A stretch of 64,000 nucleotides of DNA from Gonapodya sp. JEL0774 (lineage: Eukaryota): assembly GCA_027604505.1 (NCBI GenBank), contig JADIIX010000050.1, positions 62,001-126,000 on the forward strand, in the 5' to 3' direction. Positions 1 to 12,237 of this stretch are shown piece by piece (the first letter of the stretch is position 1; each line of letters begins with the position of its first letter). A program made the position numbers and the translations under genes. The notes under the pieces were generated by a model. That model was not told where the DNA came from. It worked only from the letters and a program-made list of their open reading frames with translations, and did no database searches.

Positions 1-1231
1 TGGGAGACCAACGTCGCGAGTACCGTCCTGCCAAAGAATATCGACAAAAGTCTTCGTTCGAAGTATTCGAAAAGTGTTGGCAATCTTTGTGACGTCTGTG
101 GAAGCGGACAGTGTAGAAGACAAAGAAGGTACCGCATTTTGTAGTGAAACCCGATTTCGGAAGATCACTCGATCTCCAATCTGCGAAAATGCACAAACCA
201 AGGTAATCAGAACTAGCAATGTGAAGAGGTAACACAGCTATCGCCCACTTGAAAGGTAGCATTTTCGAGAGAGCTTTTCAGGACTTTTATTCTGTCCATG
301 TCGTGAACAATGGTCGGAGGCCTTTCTGTGGTCCTTCCTCCAACCACTGTGTCCGTTCCGTACCACGCTCCACCTTCTTGCGAGTTCATAGCCACGGGAT
401 TGCTTATCCTAAGGGGATTGTGGACACACCACGATACTCTCAGTGCATAAGAGGTTGTATCCAGAACAACTCCAATCTTCTGCCACATCTTCCTTGTTTT
501 CACCATGTATGTATGCGACCCTCTCACCCAGCGAGCACGCCTGAGTGTTCCTCGCGTACACTGCACCGCAGCTCCTGGATACAACCGATTGGTGGCAAAC
601 GGTGACTCGGAGTGATTGCGGTCCAGGCATGTGAGGGTTGGCGGTTCTCGTAGAATGCAAACGGAAGAGTCCGGAAACAGCAAAGTCACTTCTGACATGA
701 CACCCTGAACAATTCCGAGCCAGTCCCCGTCGTACACAATGTGGTCACCAACCAAGATATCATTCGCGTATGCTAATTGACGGGTGTCCACACCCCTTAT
801 CTCGTTCGAGAGGTGATTTCCAAGATCCGCAAGGATCTTCACCGCATATATTGTACCGGACTGATCTTTTGAGTCTTTGGGATCACTTCCAAGAGGGAAC
901 TTTGCGATATCACCAGGAAAGAAACATCTATCAACAAGCTGGAGGCGAGACGCAACCAAGGTCTTGTAAGGAACACGATCATCTGTGAGAAATGCAACGC
1001 GATAACAGTTGGGAGGTATCGGTCGCTTTGGTGCACGACAACTGTGAGGTAGGTCATGGACGCCAGAGGTTGACAGGGATAACTTCAACTAACCTTAGGT
1101 TTCCGTCCCCACGCATCCTCTTCCTCATCGTCGTCTGTTTCGGTGCCCGAATCGTCCTCATAAGATTTTAAAACAAGACCTGGACCTTGTTGCGGATTTG
1201 CAGTGTCGATCACCACATCGTCAATCACCAT
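1..1231 (-). CDS. UBE2O-like E2/E3 hybrid ubiquitin-conjugating enzyme, N-terminal part (runs off window)
   Basis: ATG at 1231 gives MVIDDVV...acidic EDDSGTETDDDEEE, an intron, then ORF 213-1088 with LVDRCFFPGDI, WLGIVQGV..EVTLLFPDSSVC and FQVGD motifs typical of UBE2O N-terminal conserved regions. The UBC domain is not in the window. Confidence 0.7.
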
Positions 1232-1480
1232 ATTGTTTGCCACTTTGGCTCGATAGGAACTTCGATTTTATGAAAAACTCCTTCGAATTGGTCTGGCTGT
1301 CGGTTTTGTGATTTGAAACTGAAATTTTTCACATGCTCGATCACAGTTGCGCTGCCTCATCATGCCTCCGATGACGCATTACAGCATGAGAACTGTCAAT
1401 GCAAGCAACTTTACTTTACCGTGTGTGTCTATATACATTGCAAACTTGTTAACAACAATAATAAATGCAGGATCAAAATT

Positions 1481-4400
1481 TTATCCACGAACAAACACAG
1501 AAGGTATCCCGTACACCACAGGTGCAGCGCCGTTCAGAAACCTTAGGGTGCATTTGTCTCTTGAAACAGCAACACATTGTGCGAGTGATTTCGGCTCCCT
1601 CGCCGAAATGGAGTCGCTCGACTCCGTGCCAGTCCCCAGTAAACCCCACTCTTGCAGAACGTCGGTAGAGAATCGATCAATGTCCTTGTCCGTTACGTCC
1701 CAGAGGTTGGCGACCAATGCCGGGCTGCGATAGAGGGAATGGTTTACATTGCAACACACAGGAACGAGACAAACCCGAAAACTCCTCACCATCCCGCCAT
1801 CAGAAAGTTCACAGCCGTACCTGTGGGATCAAAGTCCCCTGCGTTCAAGAGCAATCCACTACTGCAGCCCATCAAGAACGTCACGGCGCTTCTTTCCAAA
1901 TTGCGAACGTGATGACCACGGATGTACTGCTCTCCGCCGTTGTGGCCGAAATAACTAGGAGGGCGATTGCACGGTTGGGTTCTTGAAAAGAAGCCTCAGC
2001 ACTCACAAGACTTACATGAAAACGTCGTGATGGGCGAGACACTGCTCGAATTCAGCTTCCGTGGGTTTCTTGGCGATCACACCGTACCACGTTGGTTCCC
2101 TGATTTGAACGCCGCCACTCAATCTATTATCGAGACATTAAAGGAGAACCTTGAACTCACCCAGAAAGTAAACTTTCAAACGTCTTTTGGGTACCGAGCA
2201 AATCTCCGTCAGGATTGAGCACATAGGATGTGCTCAAACGATCCACCCAGTAGGTTCCAGCAGCATTCAACCGCCCCTCACGCCAAAGGGAGCTTGTTTG
2301 AAGCCTATCTCGTAGAAAAGACAGGGTGGGAACCCTCGTCACAGATTTTGTCCTCAAAATGGAGAGGCTCTCCCAGGGGAGTTGTTGCACATGCTTGTCC
2401 AGAACCAGAACAATCGCTGCTTCGCCAGCAAGCGGGGTTGATCGAATTTTTTGGAATGCGTCATGGATGTCCACAGAAATCTTGGGATGGATGGCATGGA
2501 ATGATTATAGGCTCCGTTTTCTGGTCAAAACGTGCCCGTACGCACCACATCCAAATCCATTTCCCCATAATCCACTGGGTGACCGTTAAACTGGTAGCTG
2601 TCGAGGAGGTAGTAAATAATATCTTCGATATCGGAATCTGAAGGGTCTGTTCCCAATTCCATGAACGCTTCACAAAGTTGGATATCTAGTTCTAGTCGGG
2701 GAAGTTTGGATGACGCTTTCGGGGCCAGAGCTCGATGGACCGACTTTTCAATTGAGGCTTTAAAATCTGAAACTTCCGCCCTTGATCTCGGTGTTGCAGG
2801 AAGAAAGAGGCACTACAGCGAGATGTGAACTGCATACTCGCACTTGAATCGCAAATGATGGTAAGCTCACTTTGAAACCTCCGAGCCACGTACTCTCAAT
2901 TCGTGACAGTAAACCCTCTAGTTCTCTATCCAGAGTTGCCCGATCTTCCCACCATTTCATCTTTTCTTGCTTCGACGTGCAAAAACGAGCCTGCTTTATG
3001 GTGGTAGTGTTCTTCGAAACGAGGTCGTGGAAGTCCCGAAGGACACTACTCGAACCGTAATCGATATCCTCATCTGCAGTATCCCGGTTTGCACACCGTT
3101 TGAGAGGCAGCCGTACAACTATGGGTGAATTACCCTTGGTGAATCGAGTGAGGTACATGTCGTCCCGTTCGAGGTCAAGAGAAACAGAGCATACAACAAT
3201 GCCGTTTGGAAGAGATTCCAAGAAGTCCCGCTCAAAGTCGCTAGATGACAGTGCAGTTCTTTCTTTGTATAGCGATAACAGAGTGCTGGTCCAGGAGGAG
3301 GATATGACGCTACTAGAGTCTGGGTTTCCAACACGTTTTGGCCAGCGAATACACTGGGAAGCAGTTGGGAGTGGGCCTTGAGCTCTTTCGTTGAGGAGGC
3401 CAACAAACTCTCGCCGAGTTGCAAGGCCATGTGAGAGGGCTGAAACGATATCGGTGCGTTGGTGCAATCGCCTACTTGCTGGCTCCAACACCGAACGTGC
3501 ACTCACATAGATAGAAGGAGCATGTCAAAGCAACTTCGGGGGGAGCGCGAGCATCTTTCGTACCGACTTGACCTTTCAGTATGCTGATAGCTGCAAGCTG
3601 CAAGCAGGTTTCGCGAAAAAGTTGGGGACTCCCGTAGGAGAAGCACATGTCCAACGCGTCGAGGAGCAGGATCTCTGCCTCATCTAGGAACGGGCTTCCC
3701 GAGTTCGCTCGATTCTTCTTTGACTTCTGTGATTTTATAGACTTCGGTGAGGACTTCGTCTGCGGTGGTGAACACCACGGCAAGGAGAACGCTGATAAAA
3801 ATACAACACCACTGTTATCCGTCCGTCTATCTAAACACTTGAACCGCGTAAACATGCGTAAGGGCACTCACTGGACTCTAAGAATGCGTCCATCATCGAT
3901 ACGGAGGAAATGGCCTGGCCCGCTCTCAGAATCTTTAACTTCGCCAGAGCTATTATGTAATCTGCCTGCAAATCAACAACTGAATGAGCTCCCGTCAACT
4001 TCACAACCAATATCTCGGTGGAAGTACCTGCTCGTGAAATGCTTGCTCATTAGTAGAGGAACCTGCCAAAACCTGCTCGGCACTGTCCAACTTTCCGTTC
4101 TTCGTGAAACTTGTACCTGGGATTGCGGGGGACTGTGAAAACTCGATAAACACCTGTAATGCTCACGTTTCACTGACCTAGTCGTGCCAAAAGCTCGGCT
4201 TTGAAGTACGATAACAGAAATGCTTCCTTCGCCGGAGCTTCCAAAGGTATGCGTTGTGGAGGGCTGTCGGAAGCGACAATTTTCTTCAGCGGGGTTGCAA
4301 AAAGCACCCTTTTCTCCCTCGGAGTGACAACAACATCCCTGCAGATAGATGCAGATGTTCAGATGAAACCATGAACAGACGGATTACAACGGAAGTTCAC

Positions 4401-7400
4401 CTCATATCCGATTTCTCGATGCGTGAGAAAAAGGTCGCCGTTGCAAGGTCGTCGACGATCTTCGATGCTTGATCGTATTGCTCCACCGCGGAGTCGTAGC
4501 TCTCTTTTCGAAAGTCCAAGTCACCCATCCTTGTCATTAGAAGCGCCCGAGTTTTCTCGAATCCATCGGTCATCACCTGAAATAAAATTATCAGAGGCAC
4601 GAAACGAATTCAATCTGGAAAGAAGTTCCTATCACCTCGGATTGCAAAGAAGCAGCCTCCTCGATAGTGTTTTGACTTTCTGATAATCTCATACGCCGAA
4701 GATCGATTTCCGAAGCGTGGAGGAGAAACTTTGCGGAATACAAGGGTGACTGCAGAGCTTGAGATAATTCCAACCCTTGTTTGAAGTAATACTCCGATTC
4801 TCCAGCAGAGCCTCGAATGAGATATAATTGACCCAAGCTCTCCAAGCTTTCGAGGAGATCCTAAGCAGCGCGGACTTATCAATCTCACAAAGCGCATCCA
4901 ATGAGCCACTTCTTCGATTCCCTCTCACCTTCACAACGCTCCACCGAGAACATCTGGCTATACAGTTGATGGTTGAACTTCGTTCTGTCGCGCTACTGTT
5001 GAAACCCGACGTTTCTCCCTCCACAATTGCAGGCGATGAATCCGGAATCAAGGTAATACTATGGGATGTCGAAAGCTTGACTAACAGTTTAAGACCATAG
5101 GCCGCTTCCGAAACCGCGTTCGGTAAAAGACCCTGTGAAAAATCGAAGGTGAGCTTGAGTGGTAGTCATTGATGGATAATGGCGCGTACCCGAGCGAAAG
5201 ATACGCTTGAATGTGTGAAATAAGCCCTGGCTAACACGCTGAGTCGCGTATTTCGCTGGTCTAAGTCCCCATACTTCGGCAGATCCATGAGTCCAGATTT
5301 ATCCAATAAATCGCCCGCCTGATCAAGCGTTGATTCACTGAAAACAATCGATCCCAGGATGAGAGCAGATCTTTAAATGCTTCACAAGGTGCGGAATTCG
5401 AACCTCTTGTCCAAATCTCCGACTTGGCAAAGGTAATAGCTGTAACCAATGTGCCACCTCAGTGCGCTGATTCCTCTCAGCGTTTTCGAATCAACAAGCC
5501 GTTTAGCGTTATGAAAAGCAAGTCCAGCTTGTCCTGTGTGACCCAGACTGAGGTAGGTGTAGCCGATTTCAGTCAAGGTTTCAACCATGTCTAGGAACAG
5601 CCAGGGAGTGGTCATTTCAATTTGAACTAAGAATATTCTGAGCACACGACCAACCTGACACTGCGCCATCACTAGATTTTCTGAGTGTAGCCAGTCGCTG
5701 TAAAAGCTTTAATGTCAATAAGCGATTTACAGGTTGGTCCATGATTGCAAAATAGTCTGCCAAGGATGCTGTTCAGAGTGAGAGAAATCCCTTTTTAGGC
5801 ACGAAGCTATAACTCGCAAATAAAATTTAGATCTCACTCATGCGTTCGTACGTGCGATCAATGTCATGGAATCTTCCTCTCAGAGTGTCCTTCGGCAACG
5901 ACAGCTGGCACCCTGAGGTAGTCGGATGCAGATATTAGAGGGTCCGATAATTGTTGCATCAAACGTGAGACACGCACCTGTAGGAGTGATGGATATATCA
6001 CTTAGAACTTTGTTCCAAAGTTCGAGTGCAATCTTGAGTTCCCGGAAGCTGATAGCACCGGCTCCACAATTAGCTTGACCAAGGTATGAATAAGCCATTG
6101 CAAGTAGGTCATTTCGCGGGGATTTCTTTTCATCGGCCTGACTCATACTTTTCAGCACAGGACCAAAGTCGGAGTGACGAACAACTCACAATCGATTTCA
6201 GCATGTCGATTGAGTCCCGTAACGCGGAGTTATCAGTATCCTTCGGCGCTCGAGAAAGGCTCTCAAACTTGTACTTCTCTAAAAGAAGTCTGCAGGTTCA
6301 AGTTTCAGAAGAGAGAACACTAGGAAAATCAGCAAGTGTGCGCGAGCCCACCTGGCGTAGTTCAATTGATCTTGATCTTCGTCGTAAATTTTGAGAAGAT
6401 CCGTAATAGTGTCCATGATCCCCGCATCCACGGATGAGGTATTGGAAGTTAACGTGGCTAGAACCGTCAACTCAGCTTCCATCACGAGGATTCGAAGGGA
6501 TTTTGGGCACGATAGCAGAAACCGAGCAAATGAAACATAGTTCTTGCCACCCAATAACTTGGAATAGGTGAGTCTCGTGTAACGGAGTACCAAGTCCTTG
6601 ATTGGTTGGGGCAGCTGTGCTCGTGCCTCAGGTGTACTGGCTGGACTGGATGAAGCTGATTTGAGCCAAATCTTGAGTGCGACAGAAGATGCTGATTGTC
6701 GGATATCGGAGAGAGCAGCCTGGTGATCGCATATGTAAGTGGTGAGGTAGCCAAATCGCAGATACCCTCTGCTCACCTCTTGCTCATTAATGGGAATCGA
6801 GCACTCGCAGAGAAATTCGACACGCTTGGTAAATTGGGCGTTGAGCTCTACAAGAATACCTGATGCAGGGTCTGCACCATCTATGGCTTGCGCAAGGGTT
6901 CGCAGGGTCCGCTGAAGAATGGGAAACGCGTCCTTGTACTGTCCCTGACGATACAGTTCACCTCCCAACAGATAGTATCCATTGGAAATCATTCTCCAAA
7001 GATCCGGACTTTTGTCTTCAAGTTCATTTCCCAATTGCCGCGCGTAGTCTAGATATCTCAGCGATGTTTCCACTAGGGAAGAGCTCAGAGATGCAGCTGC
7101 AGCTGTTAGTGTCGAACGACCCTGCCAGAGGCACAAGTTGATGACGACCACTACCGACTTTCGAGGGAAACTTTTCCCCTGTAAATTGACAAATCAATGA
7201 GTCATCAATCAATCATCGTTCGAACCAGTTCGCAACCCTCACAGATGCGTGTACTTCAAAAAGTTTGACCGTCGTGGAGAAAACTGATTGAAGTGACTCG
7301 AGAATGGCTTCGCTCTGAAAAAGCTCCCCAGAAAGTTCAGCCAGACTAGGTAATCCTGTCAAAGGCTTTGGCAAGAGTGGCTTCATAGGCTTGGCTACTT

Positions 7401-9488
7401 TTGAAGGCTTCTGACGTTTCTCGGGTTGTTTCCCTTTGCCTTGTGGCACCAGGCTTGCACCAGTGGGTTGAGCAGCTGTTCCAATCCGATCTCTGGCATC
7501 CAAAATAGGTTTGCTCGCGGTGCGCAATGCATCCACCGACCTGAGCACATGGAACACCAGCTCGCTGATACGGGGGGTTGCCTCAAGCTCGGCAAGTTGC
7601 TTCATCCCCTCGTTGGCCACGCTGAGGAAAGTACAAATGTCGTCACCTAGCAAGCAGTACATTGATATCGATCTCCACGAAATACAGTGTTATTTGAACT
7701 TACTTGAATCGAATTTACCGATATCCAAAAGAGCAGCTGCTCGGTTTGTGCAAGCAATCACTTCACAGCAAGACGCATCTAAACTCCCGGTTTCCGTTCT
7801 TTTAAGGGCGTTAACAAGGGAAGTAAGATACCGATGTGGGTTCCCGATTCGTGTAAGATCCCCTGCCTTTGCAAAGTTCGACCATCGGATAGTTGGTACG
7901 CAGCTACTGTTTGTTCTCTTGAGGAAGACATACCTTGCGACACAAGTAGTAATAGTGTTCACACCAAACAAGGAACTGGGGTTCCAATGTCGCACTGGAG
8001 ATGTAGGGTTCGATAGCACTCCAAGTGGAATCGTAGAATGTGGAAAGAGCGGATAGTATTCTGTCGTAGCCTGATTTTCAATGGAGGAGTTTGGTTCTAT
8101 GGCAGCCGATGCCGTAGAATCACAGTGGGACTCACTTTGCGTCACCGACGAAGACTCGAACGAAATGCCAATTTTCGCCACTTGGTCGTGGAAAGCATTC
8201 AGACTGAACGAGTCACTTAAAACATAGAACGAAAGGGAGAGCCCTCTCAACCTCAGAGCATCACTCGGACTGGTATCTGAAAGAGACCGCCCGGCGGTGA
8301 GAGTTGCAAACTGCCCGAACATAATAGAGTCATTCCTCACCATGCAGTCGTACTGCCCCTTTAAACATCAACCGTGAAGCAATTCCAGCATTCTTGGCAG
8401 AGCTTCCCTCATCCAATGTTCGTTGAAGGGTGATCCAGTCCAAAAGGGATGGTCGCGTCTCCAAACACTCAAGAGCAGCCTGCGAAACCAAACGCTCGAA
8501 ATAGAGAGCTAATGTGACTGTCATAGACGATACTCACCGAAAACTGCTTTTCTTCCAGCCAACATTTTATAAGGTTAACCTGCGCCGCTATGACGATGCT
8601 GGTCCTGATTTCCGAACACTTGTCCTGGTCTTTGATTGGGAACGACCAGGAGCTTCCTGTTCGAGGAAGGTTCTCTTTGTCGGCCTTTGAAGTATCCTTA
8701 GATTTCATAGGTCGCACACTGGGGACAGGGGCGATGACAACTGGAGCAAGGATGGAACCACTGTTTCCTGCCTTTGACTTTCCGAGAGGTTTTCGAGCCA
8801 AGTCCTTGTCTAAACCAGCTTTGCCAATCAATGCTTTCTTTATTGGTGCTTTGGCTGTTTGAGAGCGCTCCTCCGAGAGACGACTTCGAAGCACGGCAAT
8901 CAGCTCACGTGCTTTGTCGTACTAAACCAACCCAACAGAAAGGACAAGCCAAACCTTTTGAGAACGATTCAAAGACCCCACAGGTAACGACACAGCGCTC
9001 ACCTGATGTGCTTCCACCATTTTGGTGATGGTGTTTGAGTATGCTCTCTCCAAATCCCATTCCTTCAGGGCAAGCTGCTTTTCCATGGCCACTAGCGCTT
9101 GTAAAGCTATTTTTGACGTGTCCGTGAGGCATGCTATAGCAGATGCTGTCCAGGATCCATTTTCAGTATCCAAGGTGGGGTCTGTCTGCCCCCCAGTTCC
9201 TTCTGTATGTGGGTCTCCTATTGCGAAGCGAGCAACACCACCAAGACCCTTCACGTTCTGGTTGATGATGCGCATTGCAAGTGGACCTAGGACACCAACA
9301 AAATGTCGCACATCGGGTTCCTTTTTCTTCACGGCGATGGAAGGCTTTTGGGTCCGCGCCGGGTGGATCGGCGGCTCTGGTTCAAGGACAGGAGCGAATG
9401 ATTTTCGCACTCGATCGACGAGCGATGGACCGCATTGCGATACGCTTGACAGTGCGTCGACAAGCGCGAGAAGATCGGGGGGAATCAT
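1481..9488 (-). CDS. ESP1: Separase (peptidase C50), multi-exon
   Basis: C-terminal motifs LPWESL..LR, YVLNPDGDL, YFGHNGGEQY (catalytic His), LMGCSSG (catalytic Cys), VANLWDVTDKDIDRF and GAAPVVYGIP; long helical/TPR-like N-terminal exons. Start ATG approximate. Confidence 0.93.
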
Positions 9489-9694
9489 CGTCTCATGTAG
9501 GGAGTCTGAGTGAGATATGGGAAGTGAAGGGAACTGGAGCGGGCATTCATGCGGTGACCACAGCAGGCGATGAACGCCAAAATTATGAAACAGTCTATAT
9601 ATTTTCTCGAGAATACTGAAATGAGCAAATCAGAGAATGCCATCCGCACAGAACGATGTGCGCATCTTCCTAACCTCCTGCCATATTCCTCGCT

Positions 9695-11881
9695 CTATGC
9701 GAAACTCGGAACAGTCAGCACCTGCATTTTTGTGGTCGTTCCCTCCACAAACCCAACGTTCTGGCCGGATGTGACCACGACAGTGTCTCCCGGTTTGGCC
9801 AGGCCAAGCTCCACGATAAAACGAACTGTCTCGTAGAGGATGGTCTCCGGTGTTCCCGGGTGATAATATGGAACAACACCAAATGACACACCCATTTGAC
9901 GTGCGGTCTGACGAATGAGGGTCGCGACAATAATGGGGATGCTGGGGCGGTACTTCGAGATGAGACGGGAGGTGCCACCGAACTCGGTGACGGCGATGAT
10001 GCAGGCAGCGCCAACCTGGCGGGCACAAAGCACTGCCGAAGAGGCAATTGATTCGGAGATACCGATGGGTTTGGGAATTGTCCGCATCAGCTTTGCCTGC
10101 CATTCGATGTAATTGTTGCCCTTCTCAGCGTGCCATGCGATCCTCCTCATGGTCGTGACAGCTTCAATCATGAACTTTCCAATAGCCGTCTCAGCGGAAA
10201 GAATGAGACCATCCGCCCCGTCCAGAACAGCGTTTGCGACATCGGAAGCCTCAGACCGCGATGGTCTCGGGTGGTCCTTCATGGATTCGAGCATTTGGTT
10301 GCTAACCAGCACGGGCTTCCCCGCAGTGTTGGCCTGAAAGAGAGCAATTTCAGAAATATTTGTCGTGGTGGTTTCGATCGACGACTAATCACATACCATC
10401 GCAATGACTTGCTTTTGTGCCGACGTTACATACTCGACGTCAACTTCAGCACCAAGGTACCCTCGGTCGATTACGATACCATCGCTGATCTTTAGGATTG
10501 CCTCAAAGTTCTCCAAGCTGCGCTCGTTTTCAATCTTGGACAGGAGCTTGGTCTTGGAATTACCAACGAGAAGACTGTCAATCAGAGAGCGCACCATTCA
10601 GCCAAATAAGAACAAAAGACTGAAACGTCCGGCCAATCCTTACCGAACCTCTTGCACGTCATCCAACGTCCGGATACACGACACACTGACAAAATCTGCC
10701 TTGTGATCCAAGGCGAACTTGAGATCCTGAGCGTCCTTCTCCGACACGGCAGGTAACTCTTCAATAACGTGGGAGGGGAAGTTGATACCCTTGTGTGATC
10801 CAAGCAAGCCTGAGTTCTCAACAATACACCTGACACCTTCAGGGACACGTTCCACGACGGTGAGTGCGATCAAGCCATCATCAATGACTGTTCAATCCCC
10901 CGAATATCGGTAAATCGCGTGTTAGAGAAAGCCACAACATCCTAGTTTATGGAAAAGTGAAAATCATACCGATTTTGTCACCGATCTCTACCAACTTCTT
11001 GGTGTACGTGGTGGCAACCTGACAAGCACAGAGAGCTCTAATGCATTCGGAACAGCGCCCTACCTGGAACTTCACGAAAACTCACCCCCTTCTCATCACC
11101 CTCGTAGTTAATGTCGTTTATGACGTAAAAATCCTGACCGGCAGTGAGCTGGATGGGCTTATCACCCTTGAGTTTCCCTGTGCGAATCTTGGGTCCATTG
11201 ATGTCGACCCAGATGCCAACCTCGGCCGTGATATCAGTTTCCTCAAGGTACGAGCGGAGGTCCTTGATGACCTGGGCCGCGAACTACATGAGCAGCGGAA
11301 AAGACGGGACAGGTTTGAAGCAGCATCACACGACTAGCAGAATTTGGTGAATAAACCCCCCTGTAATCCTTACCTCGTGGGTGCAGTGGCTCATATTAAG
11401 TCGAAAAACGCTGACGCCGAGGTTGACGAACTGGGCAATGACCTCCTTGGATGCCGACGCTGCAAATTAATCCAAACCCCAACGTTGGGTGAATTCACCA
11501 GTCACAAGATCTCCGATACCTCTACTCCAAGCCATAAAAAAAAACACCGTACCAGGTCCAATCGTCGCCACGATCTTCGTCTTGGTAAGGTTGGGTGACT
11601 CTGGGTACAAAAGCAAAACCTTGAGGGTGTGAGAACCTGAACCCATCGGCGAATTGACTGGCTCACGCCTAGTCCTGAGGGAAACTCGCCTGCATAATAC
11701 GCCGGGTGGAGTCTGGGCTTGCGGTTGAGGTCGGGCTTGTCTGCGAGTTCCACGAGTTTCGCGATGGCCTGGTTGATGTCCGCTGGAAGCATCGCCCGCG
11801 AAAAGAGCGTGAAATCATCATGACCGGAGGAATCCAGGTTGAATTCAAGAAATGGATCGCACCTGCAGTGCTCCGGATCAT
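9695..11881 (-). CDS. Pyruvate kinase family protein with divergent active site
   Basis: Spliced translation [76 protein letters not shown]. Probable start MIRSTAADIN at 11881, reached via a GC-AG intron at 11601-11689. Confidence 0.9.
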
Positions 11882-12237
11882 GACTGGTGGTGAAAATTGG
11901 GATGGGAAAAGATGCGGGCGATTGCGAGGGACGAGTCTGTCAGGGTCCAGAGGTTCCAACACAGGCAGCCCTCACCATTATCTCCGAGCAGTTAGTACGA
12001 AGCTTTTGTTGGTTGATTTACGTGATACAAGTATCAAAAGAAAAGTTACATAATGTACACAGCGTGGCGAACCCACATCTCCATTACGGGTTGAGGGTGG
12101 GGGAACAATAGAGAAAAGTTACAAGCAACAGTGAGTGTTTCGATGTTACAGCGAGCTTGGTATCCTCAATTTCGTGGTGTCTCTTGTGTGTGTTGGTGCC
12201 AAAGTGCCGAATTCTGGGGTCCTGCCCGCTCCACATT

